From Selaginella moellendorffii (taxonomy: Eukaryota; Plantae; Lycopodiophyta), in NCBI RefSeq assembly GCF_000143415.4, contig NW_003314327.1, forward strand, positions 211,116 through 275,115: DNA of 64,000 nt, in the 5' to 3' direction. Each line of letters begins with the position of its first letter. Positions within the stretch are counted from its first letter, which is position 1. Positions 47,279-60,346 of the stretch are shown here, piece after piece. The position numbers were made by a program, and so were the translations under genes. The notes beneath the pieces are model-generated. The model saw only the letters and a list, made by a program, of their open reading frames with translations, was not told the origin of the DNA and did not search any database.

Positions 47279-48920
47279 CTAGTCACTGTTCTTTGTTCTT
47301 GTCCTTCCCGTACTACGGCAGAAGCAATCCGGTAACGGTAGATTTCTCCCGGTGAAGAGGCTTGAGCTGTGAACTTCCCACATTCGCTGAGCGAGCTCGG
47401 CACCGCTAAGTCCCGACGATACTGAGGTTGCGAAAGCTTGCCTGTTGAGTACCAGCGTCTTGCCACTGCCGTGCATTGCTCGCATTGCCACCACCATCTT
47501 GTCCATGTTTCCGAAGTAAGTAGCCACGTAAATGTCGCTGTGGACGGCTACGTAGTAGTCCAATGCCGCTTTGCTGTTGCCGTGCAAGCCTTTCAGAGCG
47601 TCGGCGCCGAGGATGGCGAGCTTCCGATATATGTTGGGGTATACTCTGGAAAAGGCCGTCTCCTCGAGGAGGCCAGAGCCGGAGGCGAGATAGATTGGCA
47701 TGGTGGTGGGAACTCTGAGTGCCTGGAGGACGAACGCAGCTTCTCCGGGAGTAAGCGGACACTTTCCCCTGTTTCTCCATGATTCCGCGAGGCTGCCGGT
47801 GAAAGGTGCTTTGTTGTCGCGAGCGGCTTCGATGGCGTCTAGCGAGGCCTTCGAGAGGTTGGAATACGTGCACCTGCTGTACGCGATCATGTCCGGCTCG
47901 AATCTCAAATGGAGTGCTAGAAACGGACGGGGAATCGCGTCCAAGACCGTTTGAGCTGTGTTCTCAAGACGCTGCACGAGACGGAGAGCTTTATAGCAAG
48001 CTTGACACCGTGACGCTTTGGCCCATAGTGGATACCTGCATGCATATACGGGAAGAAGTTGAAGCCTCTCGAGAAGAAATAAAAGAGAAAACCACTCACC
48101 TGTCCGATCTTTGGCTTGCCGCGGGTCGAATGATTACTACTTTCTCTTTGAGTAACACGGGCAAAACAGCCTCAACGTAATCAAAGAGCTTCTTTTTCTG
48201 GCAGTCGATCAGCACCGTTTTCTTGGAAGCGTAAGGGGGAGGAAGCTCCTTTACAACGCGAACGTAACCCTTCATAGTTTCGATAAAAAAATCCGCATCG
48301 AAAATGTCAGAAAAGCCACTAAACCATCACACAGTCAGTCTTGAATAGAGATTGATTGTCTGAAAGAGAGAAACGCTAGAAAAACTATGAGTCTTCGTTG
48401 CTTTGAGTAGCATACACACCTTGAATCGTTCCAATACGGAGTTCCTTCAAATTGAGGTAGCAGCAGTGTCGCGTTTAGAAGACGTGCAACTCCAACACCA
48501 TCGCAAAACTGCACGAAACTCGTGAGCTCTCAACACGCATTGAAACTGTGACACTTACATCCCTTCGCATTTGATTGAGGCCCCCATTGCAATCCACAAT
48601 AATGTAGCCATTGCTCACACCGGGAAGAGCTGCAAGAAAAATCCATCCATTCAACCAAACTTGCACAATCTCACAATCCTACCATGCTGCAGATCATTCC
48701 ACCACGAGCATTGCTCGAAATCACGCCTACCACTCGGATCACTCCACCAGATCTGATTGTAGGACACTCCGCTGAGCCTACCGACACGCAGGAGATCAAA
48801 AGATTTCTTGCTCACAAAGCATGCGCATTTCACTTACATCCTGGATCTCGGAAGCGATCGCAGCGAAGCGATCAAGACGAGCAGCGAGAAGAATCCCGCC
48901 ACGAGCAGCCCTCGCTTCAT
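47279..48920 (-). CDS. O-fucosyltransferase family protein (DUF246/GT106, OFUT13-like)
   Basis: N-terminal TM, NGYIIVDCNGGLNQMRRD, ARLLNATLLLP, FLALHLRFEPDMIAYSRC, GKCPLTPGE, AALDYYVAVHSD, GNMDKMV. Confidence 0.92.
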
Positions 48921-49376
48921 TGGAGAAATGGAAAATATTTTTAGGGCTTACAAGAAAGTATAGAACTCGAATCGAACACACGAAGGTTTTTCGGCCGGAC
49001 AGGATCGACGGCTGAGAAAAACGCAGTGACATAACAGGGCAGATCCTAGCCGTTGGATGCTGACGGGTTTGGTTGACGGCTGGCCTTTGCATTTTGACGG
49101 GCAAGCGGCCAGTAGAAGAAACACACGACTGGAAGAAAAGGAGCTCCATTTCCCAAGGATCATATGGCCGGGCAGCGATCCAGGTAACAGATCACGCTCG
49201 GCGGCGCCGGCGGCGGGGCTAGGGCGCTGATCCAGCGCTGCGTTCGCTCGATCTGACGCTTTAGGGTAGGAAATCATGGCGGAGAGCAGGAATTCGACGA
49301 TCCAGTGGAATGCCAGCGTCGTAATCCTTCGCACCAGGTTGAAGTGAGCCATGGAATCACGGCCGCGAGCGTTGGA

Positions 49377-51922
49377 ATGGCTGCCGTGATGCCCTCTATG
49401 GCGATCGCGCTTCAAGACGCCCCTGCCAGAGCTTCCGCGATGTCGGCAAGATCTAACAAAAAGCAAGATTTGCACGCCGCCGGGAGGCGCCGGGTGAGTG
49501 ATTCGTCCAAATTTCTTGTGGAAGTTTTGATCTTTGTTTCTTCTTTTTCCTTCTCTCAGCTGGAGCAATTCAAGAAGAACAAGCGTGAGAAAGCTACCAA
49601 GCAAGCTTCTGAAGAACAGCCTTCCACTTTCGAAGCTCTAGAACCGGTCGATTCAAATGGGGATATCTACACCGCGGCTTTTCCACCGGCGGCTGGCCAG
49701 GATCAACACTCTCAGATTCTTCCGAGCGTCCAAACGGATTTTCCGAGCGTTCTTCCTCCAGATCAATTCGAGCCACCTCCAGCTGAGAACTCCGACCCAC
49801 CGAGCTACGCCACCACCTTTGGGAATTCCAACTTCCACTCCACTGACCTTGTACACTCGACCGTGGATGCTCGACACGCCACCATCGACCAACTTCCACA
49901 CCCAACGACCGATCCTCTCCCACACTCCACCATTGCTCTTCCACTGGAGAGTGAAGAAGACTCGAGGTATAAGAAAACTTTTTACAGTGACCACTTGGAA
50001 AAGGAAAAGCCGGGAACGAACATTGCCGAGAGTGAACAACGGCCAGCAACTCTATTCCAACCGTCGTCAAATTTTGCCGCTGCGAAACAAAAGCCACCTC
50101 GTTCGCACTCCTCGGACTCTCTCTTTCGACCTCTTCGTGCTGCTGTGCCCGAAGTAACGAATGGTGATGCGGCTGTCAAGTCCACGCCAGTGACAAGACA
50201 TCACATAGACGAGCCACGGTACGAGGCACAAAGACCACTAGCGCCTTTTGCGAATGATGAGACACCTTTGAGTTCCTCCCGCAAAGATGACTTCGCTGCA
50301 TTGGAACAGGTAAGAGAAATGGTTCTTCCGCGATTGCTATTGACTGAAATGCATTTGTTTTTACAGCACATTGAGGACTTGACGCAGGAGAAGTTTTCTT
50401 TGCTACGCGGTCTAGACAAGGCTAAGGCGTTGGTGGAGACACTGACTCAAGCCAACTCTGCTCTCACGGAGGATTATAATCAGCAGGTTGTTTCAATCAT
50501 CCTCAAACAGCTATTCTTGATTTTATCTTGCTGCATCGAGATTAGCTGTTTGCTATCCAGTGTGATAATAGTGTCGGTTCAGTGCTTTGCAGGGTGCCAA
50601 AGTAAACGAATTGAAAGATGAACTTGCAAGATTTCAGCAAGAGTTTCGCTCGCAAGAGGTATGCATGTACCGAACACATGTTAGCAAAGTTACACACCCT
50701 GTGTTATTGTTGCAGGCCGTGCTTAAAAATCTAAAGGCGGAGAGGGACAGAGCAGTTCAGGAGAGCACCTCAGCAGTTGAACGTTCTCGAGGTTTCGCTG
50801 CAGAGATTGTTGGCCTTGAGGAGAAGGTCAGCTCGTTTACATGTTTCATTTTGATTCCGATCGTCAGTCATTTTGTTGTACAGATTTTGAAAACTCGATC
50901 GCAAGAGCTAAAGTCGCAAAAAGAAGTCCAGTCTTTACGTGCGGAAGTTGAATCATGCAGGTCAGCTTTGCAATTGCATTTCAGTTCCTTTGTTTTGATC
51001 AAAATACTTTAATTTTTGCAGAAGGCAGATTCTATCAATAGAAAAGGATCGCCTTAATGCCATTTCTTTGAATGACGCATTGCAGGAAGGTTTGTCTCGA
51101 TCACGTGTTACTTGTGTGATGGCTGACTGGCTATATTTCAGAAAAGAAGCTCCTGCTGTCTCGCATTCGTGAAGCGGCAGATAAAACGTATCCTATCAAG
51201 TCAGCATCCACAGAAGACGCTTCAACCTCCACCGACGATCTCGGTAATTATTTCTGCAAGATTTGGCTAGTATATTGTCTCCGATTGTTTCTTCTTGCAG
51301 TTATAGAGCGCGAGCCTCAGGCATCGGATTCAGATCAAGAGCCGTCCGTCTTCGCGTATCCAACCTCACTGCCTGAAGACCAGTTGGGAATTATAGAAAG
51401 TATCAATGCTCTAGTAACAGAGGTACGCCAAAAAGATTTCTCCTCGCTGGTAAAACATGGTTTCTTTTTCTTTTTAATAGTTGGGAGAAGAAAAGGAGGC
51501 ACTCTTAAGATTACTCAGGAATGAATCGAATGCGGTCACTCAACTAAAGGTGTAACTAGTGGATACTGTTTCTTGCTGTCTAATCAAAATCGGTGCTGGT
51601 GTTGCAGGTTGAGAACGCCGAGTTGATGCAAAAATTAGAGAGCCAAACGCAGCAACTGGAGCTCGCAGTGGCCCAAAGCATGGCTCGCTCTGCACCTTTG
51701 GTGTCGCCTATAGCTTCTCACCAAAGTAACGAGGAACTGGATTACATTGACGAGGGAGACGAGGTGAGAGCTTTACACACACAAAGTTCATCTTCTAAAG
51801 TCTCTCTTTTTGTTTTGTTTTCTCCCCTATTTCCTTAGGTTGTTGATCGTGTACTGGGCTGGATAATGAAACTTTTCCCGGGCTCTGGCTCCTCTAGGCG
51901 TGGCGGAAGCAAGCATTTGTGA
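49377..51922 (+). CDS. BLI: BLISTER-like coiled-coil protein
   Basis: AAGRRRLEQFKK, DDFAALEQHIEDLTQEKFSL, KLESQTQQLEL, DEGDEVVDRVLGWIMKLFPG. Start 49377 or 49440. Confidence 0.9.
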
Positions 51923-52499
51923 AGAGAGCTAAGTTGATTCTTTCCAATAATTTGATTGGTTTTGCGTCCAGATAATAAACTGGAAACTAGTTTCTATTAT
52001 CTCTTCAGGAAATCAAGCGTTTTTAAGAGGTACGATTTAAGAGAACTCAAGATAAACATGATCTATAGATTGCTTGAAGTTTCCAGTGAAAGCCCAATAC
52101 CTCCACCCGTACCATCCACTGGTTTTGAAGGAAGCGAACCCATTGAAAGATACAACTTGAAAGCACTGGAGGCTCTCTTCAAAGAAGCTTGTGCTTGGAG
52201 TTGGATCTTTGATTTCCCATTCTTGAAACTCCAACTTCACAAGAGCTGGAAGCACTGCAATTAATTTCCCTTTTGAGAGTGAAAGTTGCTCTTGAGCACT
52301 TTTTTGGGTGGCACCTTTGGCACGTCGAGAAGCAGATTCAAATAAAGAATGTTCTGAAATAAATTCAGGTTAGGGTTGTAAATGTACTTACCTGATCAAC
52401 AAGACGACTATAACAACAGCTAACTACAACTTCCAGCCAGGAGTCACACGACAAATCCAAGAGTGTAGATCCAAACAAACAAAACGCTATCGCTCGGTG

Positions 52500-52781
52500 C
52501 ATGCATCCTGTGTTTTACTGCCGGATCAATCGCCCTCAAAGCACCACCAGCGCGATCAGAGAGTTCACCACGTCTCCAATCAAAGGCCTGTAGCTTGGTT
52601 CTATAGAACAGCAGCAGCAGCGACCTACACACGGATCTTGCATTAGAATCATCAAGTCAGCCAGCACTGGCAACAAACAAACCAAAACCGAAAGAAGACG
52701 AAGAGGAAGAGGAAGGGCACTTACTTGGAAGAGTTGCTTCAAGTTGACAGTATCCTTGAACGCAGCATCCACAATGAGGGT
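52500..52781 (-). pseudogene. C-terminal fragment of a receptor-like/cytoplasmic kinase, with intron retained
   Basis: LIVDAAFKDTVNLKQLFQ|gtaagt...EPSYRPLIGDVVNSLIALV..GALR resembles kinase subdomain XI of At1g80640-type kinases; no upstream kinase exons. Confidence 0.7.
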
Positions 52782-52789
52782 AAACCTGG

Positions 52790-53182
52790 TGTGGTCACTC
52801 AGATATATTGGTGCAAACAGCACCAATTGGTGGTGATCCTATCTACGCTCTCTTTACCATGGGTGGAGCTTGTTTGAAGATGCAGCAGGAATGTTTGCAT
52901 TTATGGGAGCACTATTGATTCTCTCTGGACAAGGTTGCAATCTTTCCACTTTTCATTTTTGTCTTGGATTTGTAGAACTATTAACTTGGCTCTCTTTGCT
53001 TCAGGAGTTTCTTCGCAGCAAAGCATATCCATTGCTCACTGGCTGTGCACAGTTTCTCTTCCATTGGCTCACCAGAGATAACCACGGAATGCTCGTGACT
53101 AATCCCTCGACATCTCCTGTGTTTATAGTGCCAGATGGAAAACAGGCATCAGTGAGCTACACAAGCGCTATGGATATGGCGA
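52790..53182 (+). pseudogene. Internal fragment of GH95 alpha-1,2-fucosidase (AXY8/FUC95A-like), with intron retained
   Basis: GGDPIYALFTMGGACL..HLWEHY*..DK|EFLRSKAYPLLTGCAQFLFHWL...TNPSTSP(EH deleted)VFIVPDGKQASVSYTSAMDMA; in-frame stop. Confidence 0.85.
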
Positions 53183-53711
53183 ATGAAAAATAAAAAAGTG
53201 AAAATTTTTTTACGTGCTTTGAAATTCAATGAAAAGGACAAAATGTATGAAAGAAAACAAATTATTTTCTTTTCAAAGCGAGTATTTATCAGTGTTAAAC
53301 ACTTCGCCCTTGATCGCGTCCTTCTTTCCTTCTTGAGCTTTTGTTGGAGGGAGCGTATCTGTGAGAATTCTCCCCGTGAATCTCCTTCTTCGAAAGCGAG
53401 CTACCAGGATCGACGAGCACTTTTTCCAGAACTGCCATAGCCATCCCTGCCAAGAGGCAAGACAAGATCTTAACAGGATGAAACTCAAAGAAAGTAAAAA
53501 AGAGCTCTGAACGAAAACTTGGGACCTGTGATTGTGGGGGGGCCTGGGAGGGTGGAACTCCTTCAACCTGCAAAGCAAACACTTGCACACGGCTGTTAGT
53601 ACCCGGCGGCCAGCGCCGCTTTATTTTGGCCCATGATCTGGGCCTTACCGCGCCAGAGAGCATGGACCGCATGCACAAAAACTAAAAAGAAAAAAAGAAA
53701 TCAATCAAGAG

Positions 53712-55323
53712 TTACCGAATGCAGCGGCTGTTTAGCGCACTGGATGAGGCTTTCGTCCTGACCGCTGTCGCCTTTGTTGTGTCGGGTGTCCCGAACACCT
53801 GCCAGAAGCGCAAAGTCTCGTCGCCAGCGGCCGATGCCACAGTATAACCATCGGGACTCTGCAAATACAAAGGTATGTCTCAAGCACTTTCCTAAGAAAG
53901 AAAGGGAGCAGACCTGTGCCATATGCAGGACCCTCGAGGTGTGCCCGGTCAGCTCCGCCATCTTCACCATCGACGGGTACTTCCAGAGAATGAGCTGGTT
54001 CTGGCTGAAGCCGTGAGAGCTCAGAAGCTCCCTCTCGTGCTTGCTCCACTGCAATGCGCACACCTGAGAGGCCGTGTCCACGCTTTGGATGCAAGCTCCA
54101 GTGTGCGTGTTCCAGAACTTGATGCACCGGTCCGCGGTACCTCCTCCGGAAGCCAAGAGATTGCTCTGGAAGGGACACCACGCCAGCGCTTTCACCGCTG
54201 CCTGATGCTCGTCGAGACGGTGGAGATAAGTGCTGTTTCCTCGTGAGGCGGCCGCGGCGGCATCCCAGACGTAGAGAAGGTTGTCATTGCCACCACTCGC
54301 TAGCTGCTGTCCGGAGGGTGACCACTTAAGACCGCAAACCTCCTGCTGGTGTGCCGCCATCTTGCCAGTGACATGCTCGCGAATCCTCACGTCGTGGTTG
54401 AAGATGACGTTGTCGCGACCGCCGGTGCTGAGGATGGGCCCGTTCCAAGCAAGACTTCCAACTCGGGCGGTATGAGCCTTGAGAGATCTCACCTGCATGA
54501 ACAAACCGTTTGGTGAGTACAAATGCTTCCACTCTATACGTGAATCAATCACACGCAAGTAAAGAAGGCAAGATCTACAGAAAACGAGCAACGAAGAGTA
54601 CCTGGCGTAGAGAAAACGCATCCCAGAGTTGAACGTCCGCGTTGTTTAACCCGACCGAGATGTGCTTGCCATCCGGCGCCCAGGAAACGCTGGTGACGGG
54701 ACCATCATCCTCGCTTACTTGCATGAGCTCCTCGATACCACCGGTGGTAGCGTTCCAGAGATAGACAGTGTGTCCCAAAGCAACAGCGAGTATGTTGTTC
54801 GTTCCCCAGTCCAAAAGGTTGAGATAATAGTCGTCTAGAATCTCTGGCGCATCGAGAGTTCTCTCGGGAGCCTGGAAAGGGTAATTGGATCAGCGGAAAA
54901 AAAGAAAACGATCGAACAAAGAAATCGATGGAAGCTTACCTGAGGGATCTGTCTAAACATCCTCCGGGGCTTGGACGCGCCTGGAGCAGTGTTCTCGGAG
55001 TAGAGCAGCCTCGATTCTCTCTCAAACCCCTCTGGTGGCGGCGGCGGCTTGCTCTTGAAGGCGAGGATCCGGCTCTTCTTCTGGAAAATATTGGCGTCGC
55101 GCAAGAGATTCTCGGCCAGTTGCTTCTTGTACTCTTCCTGGGAGCAGTCGGATCGAAGCGGCTGCTGCTGGAGCTGCGAATTCTCCTTTCCAAGAACAAG
55201 CATGTTGGCGACGTCGAAATTCATGGCGCTGCGATCCGGAATGAATCGATCGATCTGTGGCAGCTTCTTTGCGGGCGTTGCAGCCGGATCTTTGCCGCCG
55301 TTGGAGCTGATCAGGGCGGCCAT
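53712..55323 (-). CDS. CDC20: APC/C activator CDC20 (fizzy), WD40
   Basis: C-box DRFIP, KEN box, Mad2-binding [48 protein letters not shown]-terminal IR tail (SRCIR*). Confidence 0.96.
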
Positions 55324-55523
55324 TTTCCTGCAAAACAGAACACAACAAACGCTACCGACGAGAGAGGAGAGATCTAAGCTCTACAAGAATGCACGCAATC
55401 AAACTAATCGAAACACTGGCCGATGAATCGCTTTGCGTCTTCCCGAGATCGCTGGACAATCACTTGCTTTGAGTCGCTTCGAGAGTGATTTTAGGGCTCT
55501 TCACAGGCGATGTATACAAAGGC

Positions 55524-55762
55524 TCCAACGGCACAATTTTCTGGCGGCGATCATCCCAACCGTGAGATATCTCTACGCTCATCACAGCCGTCTATTTAGA
55601 TGTTTACAAACAAACAAAGGGTTGATTTAAGACCTATTTAAATAGGAAGGGTCAAATACTGTTCTAGGGCACCACGACCTAGAGCAAACCATCCTTTCGC
55701 CTTTATAGGATTCGAGGCTTAATATAGCGATGGTCACACCCGCATCAAAGTCAACCGTTGAC
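55524..55762. promoter_or_regulatory. MSA-like (MYB3R) elements upstream of CDC20
   Basis: TCCAACGGCA at 55524-33 and GTCAACGGTTG (- strand, ~55752-62); consistent with a G2/M gene. Confidence 0.55.
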
Positions 55763-56190
55763 CAAGCTCCTTGTCATGCTTGACGAGCCTGATGTGAAGC
55801 CTGGCACGTCATGGCTGGGTCTCGGATCGTCTTCCTTTTCTCGTCCAAAGGGAAGAGGCCGGAAGTAGGGAGTTGCACAAAGGGTATTTTCTTAACGTGG
55901 AAGGCGTGTAATGTATAATCCAGTCCTTGATTGCATTCAAGCCTTTTGAGCCGAATCTAGATTCTACAAGGGTTGTCTCTAGGATACTCGTCAGGTGGTA
56001 GTGGCTGTTTACAACGTCCAGGTTACAAGTCCCGGGATTGTGCTTGCCGAAGGTGTTCTCATGTACTTCTGTGGTCCTGGTAGTAGCGTCGTGATGGTAT
56101 ATGACATCGACAAATGCTGCTGCTTCTGCCAGAAACTCTAGATAAACTAAGGAATAAGTAGAAATCGATTTGCTAGTTTGGAATGTTACT
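55755..56190 (+). pseudogene. Deletion-riddled copy of the beta-propeller gene at 60345-61479
   Basis: Colinear blocks such as GCTTGACGAGCCTGATGT, AATGTATAATCCAGTCCTTGATTGCA, TTCTACAAGGGTTGTCTCTA, CTTCTGTGGTCCTGGTAGTAGCGTCGTGATGG, ATAAGTAGAAATCGATT. Confidence 0.9.
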
Positions 56191-58443
56191 GAATAGAGGA
56201 TATTAATCAATCAGGGAGTATTGAAATAAAGCCAAGACCTTAATACAGCTTTCCAGTAGTGGCGATCTTTCCTCTGAACAGAGCAATAGTGAGAAAATTC
56301 TAGAACTAGAGCTCTAAAACGTGATGTTAAACACGTCAAACTTTCATAAGGAAGATCAAGTAAACTTTTCTGTACTAATATCTAAGTATATTCTAGAATA
56401 TTTTTCAATTCTATGGTTGTGATTTTCTAAACTTTTCTCTCAATTCACGTTTTTTATCACTAATGTTTAAATTAATCAGTAAGAAGACATGCATAGCAAA
56501 GTCTTGTGAAAGATAGTTTAATGGTGGCTGCTTCCGCAGTAGAATTCGGGGTTCATGGCTTGTATGGCTTGGTGCAGCCCTAGCATCATGTTGGCTGCGG
56601 GAGCCTCACAGTTTGATCACATTGGCTCACTCAAGAGCCTTACTTCTGTATTATCTTCTTCTTCAAAGTTATTGATTTGTGTGGGTGTTTTAGAAGTTGC
56701 CAAAGATCCTGGAGTCATTAAGGTTTGTGGTCCCAACTAAGGACGTGCTGGCCATAATTCACAAGCTAGACAAGAGATATGATCCCGGGGAGCCACTGAA
56801 ATGCTATGCACTGCAAAGAAAACAATAAATCCTTCTTCCCAAGTATAGTCCTCTTCTCCATTCAGGGGAAATGCATAATGCACTCTCTTAGGTGGCTACC
56901 CCTTTGCCACGCTCCCTCCGTGGCACTCCATGTCACGCCAGCCCTAAATATTTAAAGACTAAATTTAAATTAGTAACGTTAAATTTTAATTTTGTCATTA
57001 GCCAGTGAATGAGCTATGGCTTGGTTTAGGTATTTCCTTATTGTCCTTCTTATATTTTGTTTTTTATTTTTATCATTCTCTTTAGTATTATGGCTAGATT
57101 GGAATATATAAATCATGCTCAAGATAGTATTCTTACTTTTTCTGATCTTATTGAGAGAACTAATAATATATTAGAACAATCTTTAATTTATAGTAATGAA
57201 GTGGGATGCTTATGTAAGCAATGAGGTGGTATGCAAATCCAAATAGCCCCACCCTAAATAAAGGGGGGTGTCCCTCCATTCTTCAATTTGTCATGGATTC
57301 CAAACCTTCTTGTGGTGCTCCAGATCCTTCATCATCGTCATCAAAACCTGGGAGGAGGATAACAAACATACAATCAACTATCACAAGCCAAACTCCAGAC
57401 TTGTGGCCAAAAGGCAATTTCCTCCTCTCAGCCACATAAGACATGAGACGGCTAAGTTCGAGCAAATGTATGGCAAAATGATGAGCAAGTACCAACCTAA
57501 CTTAGGAAATGGTTGCCACAGATTATACAACTCAAGGTCCAATGCAACCACTCACATAGCAGTGTTTTCAAACATAAAAAAAATGCCAAGGCTAGGTTAA
57601 AAATCATTAAGAAAAACCTGATACTTCTGCTTAAAATGTTGATCATAAATATTAGAATCCCAGGTAGTTAGAGCACCTTGTCCTCAGCTTTAGTAGTCTT
57701 ACTTCTTTAGCTTCATCCTTCAGCCAGACATAGATTCACTCTTCTGATCATTTGGAAATGTACAGGTTCTTCCTTGCTCTTTGTTTTTTCTTCACTCACA
57801 TGCCTTGTGTTTTACAAGCTCACTCAAGCATTGATGATCACATGCATCTTGGATTGTTGTGAGCTTCATAGCTGATCCTGCTAGATGGCAAGTCTCCTAT
57901 TACTGGAGGAGTCAATATTAATCTAAGGATACTCTTATTAATGGTCTACATTCCAATTTCAATTATTTAGATTGATATCAGGCTATTATTTCTTTCCTTA
58001 AGGTATCTCCTTTCATTGTGGGGCAAGAGGGTAAGGAATATTCTAGGAATATAAACATTCTCTCTCTTGTAAGTAGCCACACCCTAACACACTCAAACAT
58101 GATAAAATGTTCTAATGCTCTCCACAAATACTCATTCTTTGCCCTTGTGGGGCAGATGATTCACTTCCACTTTCCACTGGCACTATAGGCATCCAAAGAG
58201 AGCATCAACCAACAACTTATGAATGCAATGGTTTTAAACAAAGAGGGTGAGGAATATTCAAGAATTAAATATCCTCTTTCTCACTTTCACACTTTCTAAG
58301 TGGCCACACCTTAATATGCAACTATAGTGGATTGCACCAGCTTTAAATGTGCAAAAAGTGTAAAGTGTACTTCTACTACTAATGCCAAATGTTAGCAACT
58401 GCATGAACTAGTAAAAACTCTAGAAAACAAAGTGGAAAAACTC

Positions 58444-58459
58444 GGGGGGGGGGGGGGGG
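58444..58459 (+). repeat. Poly-G tract (16 G)
   Basis: Read directly. Confidence 0.95.
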
Positions 58460-58489
58460 TGGGAAGTTTGAAGACAGGAACCAGTAGCA

Positions 58490-58590
58490 ATTTCAACAAT
58501 GAAATTGTGTTTGCTGAAGATGGGTCATATATGTTCATGTATGACATCGACAAATGCTGCTGGTTCTGCTGGGAGCTGTATGACCATCAT
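58490..58590 (+). pseudogene. 3' remnant of the beta-propeller gene
   Basis: FNNEIVFAEDGSYMFM/YDIDKCCWF matches FNEKIVLAEGGPYMFM...YDIDKCCWF of 61290-61410. Confidence 0.85.
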
Positions 58591-58675
58591 GCCACACATC
58601 AGCTAATGCAGTCAAAACAATGACCCAAAAGAACATTAGGTAAGTGATCTTTCATTGAAGCAAAAATGCTTCATT

Positions 58676-60346
58676 TCACACAAGATACTTTATTTGAGGT
58701 TCTATTGCGTCCCCTTCTGATTCACCACTCCACTTCAGAAATTCTTGAATATTCCTGTACTCTTGTCCTTGTCATTTCCTCCACTAAGCCAGTTTCTGCT
58801 TTGGTTCGAACCATAACGTAGAGCTAAAACATGTACCTAGATGATACTTGTCCATCTCCTCAATCTTCTTGATAAAGAGATGTAACTGTGTGCCAGTACT
58901 CAAAATAAATTCAACACAAAATAGTCTCATACTGAGAACAACAGGAGTAAGTTCACGAAGTTTTATAAACCATAAAGTTGGTACGTATTACTCTACAGTT
59001 CTCAATACCCCCTCTCTTTTTAGTAACCTCTCAACATAAGACAGAACTCGCAACTTCACTGCCTGGATGAAAATAACAAAGAATGGCAAGTGAAATAATA
59101 GGTTTGAAGTAAAAAAACACTACAAACATCAGTTCCATGTGGCCAAGATCACGGTCTGCACCTCAAAGTGATCATGCACGAATCAAACATAAAAGGCTTA
59201 CAATGTAAAAACTCAAAATTGACATAAACAGTTGCACCTTGAGAAGCTAGAGTCTCGCATGGACCGTAGAGTCGTATAAAGCCAGTAAATGAGAGAGAAA
59301 TACTGACTTTGGTGGTTTCCGTGTGAAGAGTGAAGCTGCCAACTTCCCTCGTTGCTGCATGCTGAAAGCAGTAGCTTCACTTGGCCTACCATGAGAGGTC
59401 CCCAGGCAAGAGGACGAGGATACTCTGCCGGATCGCAGCCATATATGCTCAATCTTTGCTCAAAGTATCGGTCCCAGTCTTCCTTCGACAAGTCTACAGC
59501 CTCCATCTTGTAACACTCGACAACTCCGCGTTCAATCTCTCTCAGCTCCTCCAGTTCGCTGCTAGGATGCGATTCGACTTGAGATATGCGGTTTCTGATG
59601 AAGGCCAGCGCAGTCGCACAGGCAGGCCCCTGAAGATACATATAATGTGAGAACGAAAACAAGGCAAGCACATAAAAATACCTCGTCCCGAAAATTCAAG
59701 GCCCCAAGCATGCTTACAGCTGCTCGACGAGTGAAAAAGTTACGCTTCGCCAGCCGAGCTCGAGAGCAGCTCTGGCGCTATCTTTGTCCTTGAAGTCAAG
59801 AAAAGAGTCCCATGATGAAGCCATCGCGGCTGGTTCATCTTCCCATTTTGCACGTGTTGGAGGTGTGGCTCGAGAGACTGTGATCACACTTCGTAGAATG
59901 ACCTGAGCGAAGCATACAAGTCGACGGATCTCAGCTGACGCGCTAGCAGTCAAAGCTTCAATGTCATGGAGGTTGTTGCAGCGGGAGCCGTAAAGAATGA
60001 AAAACACTCGGCTTCACGGAGATCGTCCTCAGCTAGCATGACTAACTCATCCTCCACCTTTTTAGCTTTCAAGTAGTGCCTGCCATTCCCATGTCGATCT
60101 CTTATACAAACCTGACCGAGGTCCAAGCATTCTGCCTGGTTCTGGCTAGAGATGCCACTGGAACACACATACACCCTCAGGTAAATGCCGGCTCTCTCAT
60201 CAGCGTATCGACCATCTTCTGGATCACAAACAGCAGCAACCACAGAAATGCCGGAAGCATTCGTCTTCCAGCTTTCGCTGCTGCGGAAGATCTGAGAATC
60301 CAAACCCTGGAATGCATTTTACCTGGAACACGAGATTCTTCGCCAT
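58676..60346 (-). pseudogene. Unknown lineage-specific gene X, copy 1 (multi-exon; last exon has a deletion-induced premature stop)
   Basis: ORFs 59950-60303, 59714-60007 and 59213-59671 with GT-AG boundaries. Bases 58676-59290 align with 63218-64000. An 8-nt deletion gives CTG GCT TAG. Start uncertain (60346 or 60448). Confidence 0.65.

Noticed and set aside
39523-55323. Functional cluster of ubiquitin-pathway genes (BPM, SP1, PUB, HY5, CDC20)
   Set aside because: Unrelated ligase systems from large families; chance adjacency in a gene-dense region is sufficient.
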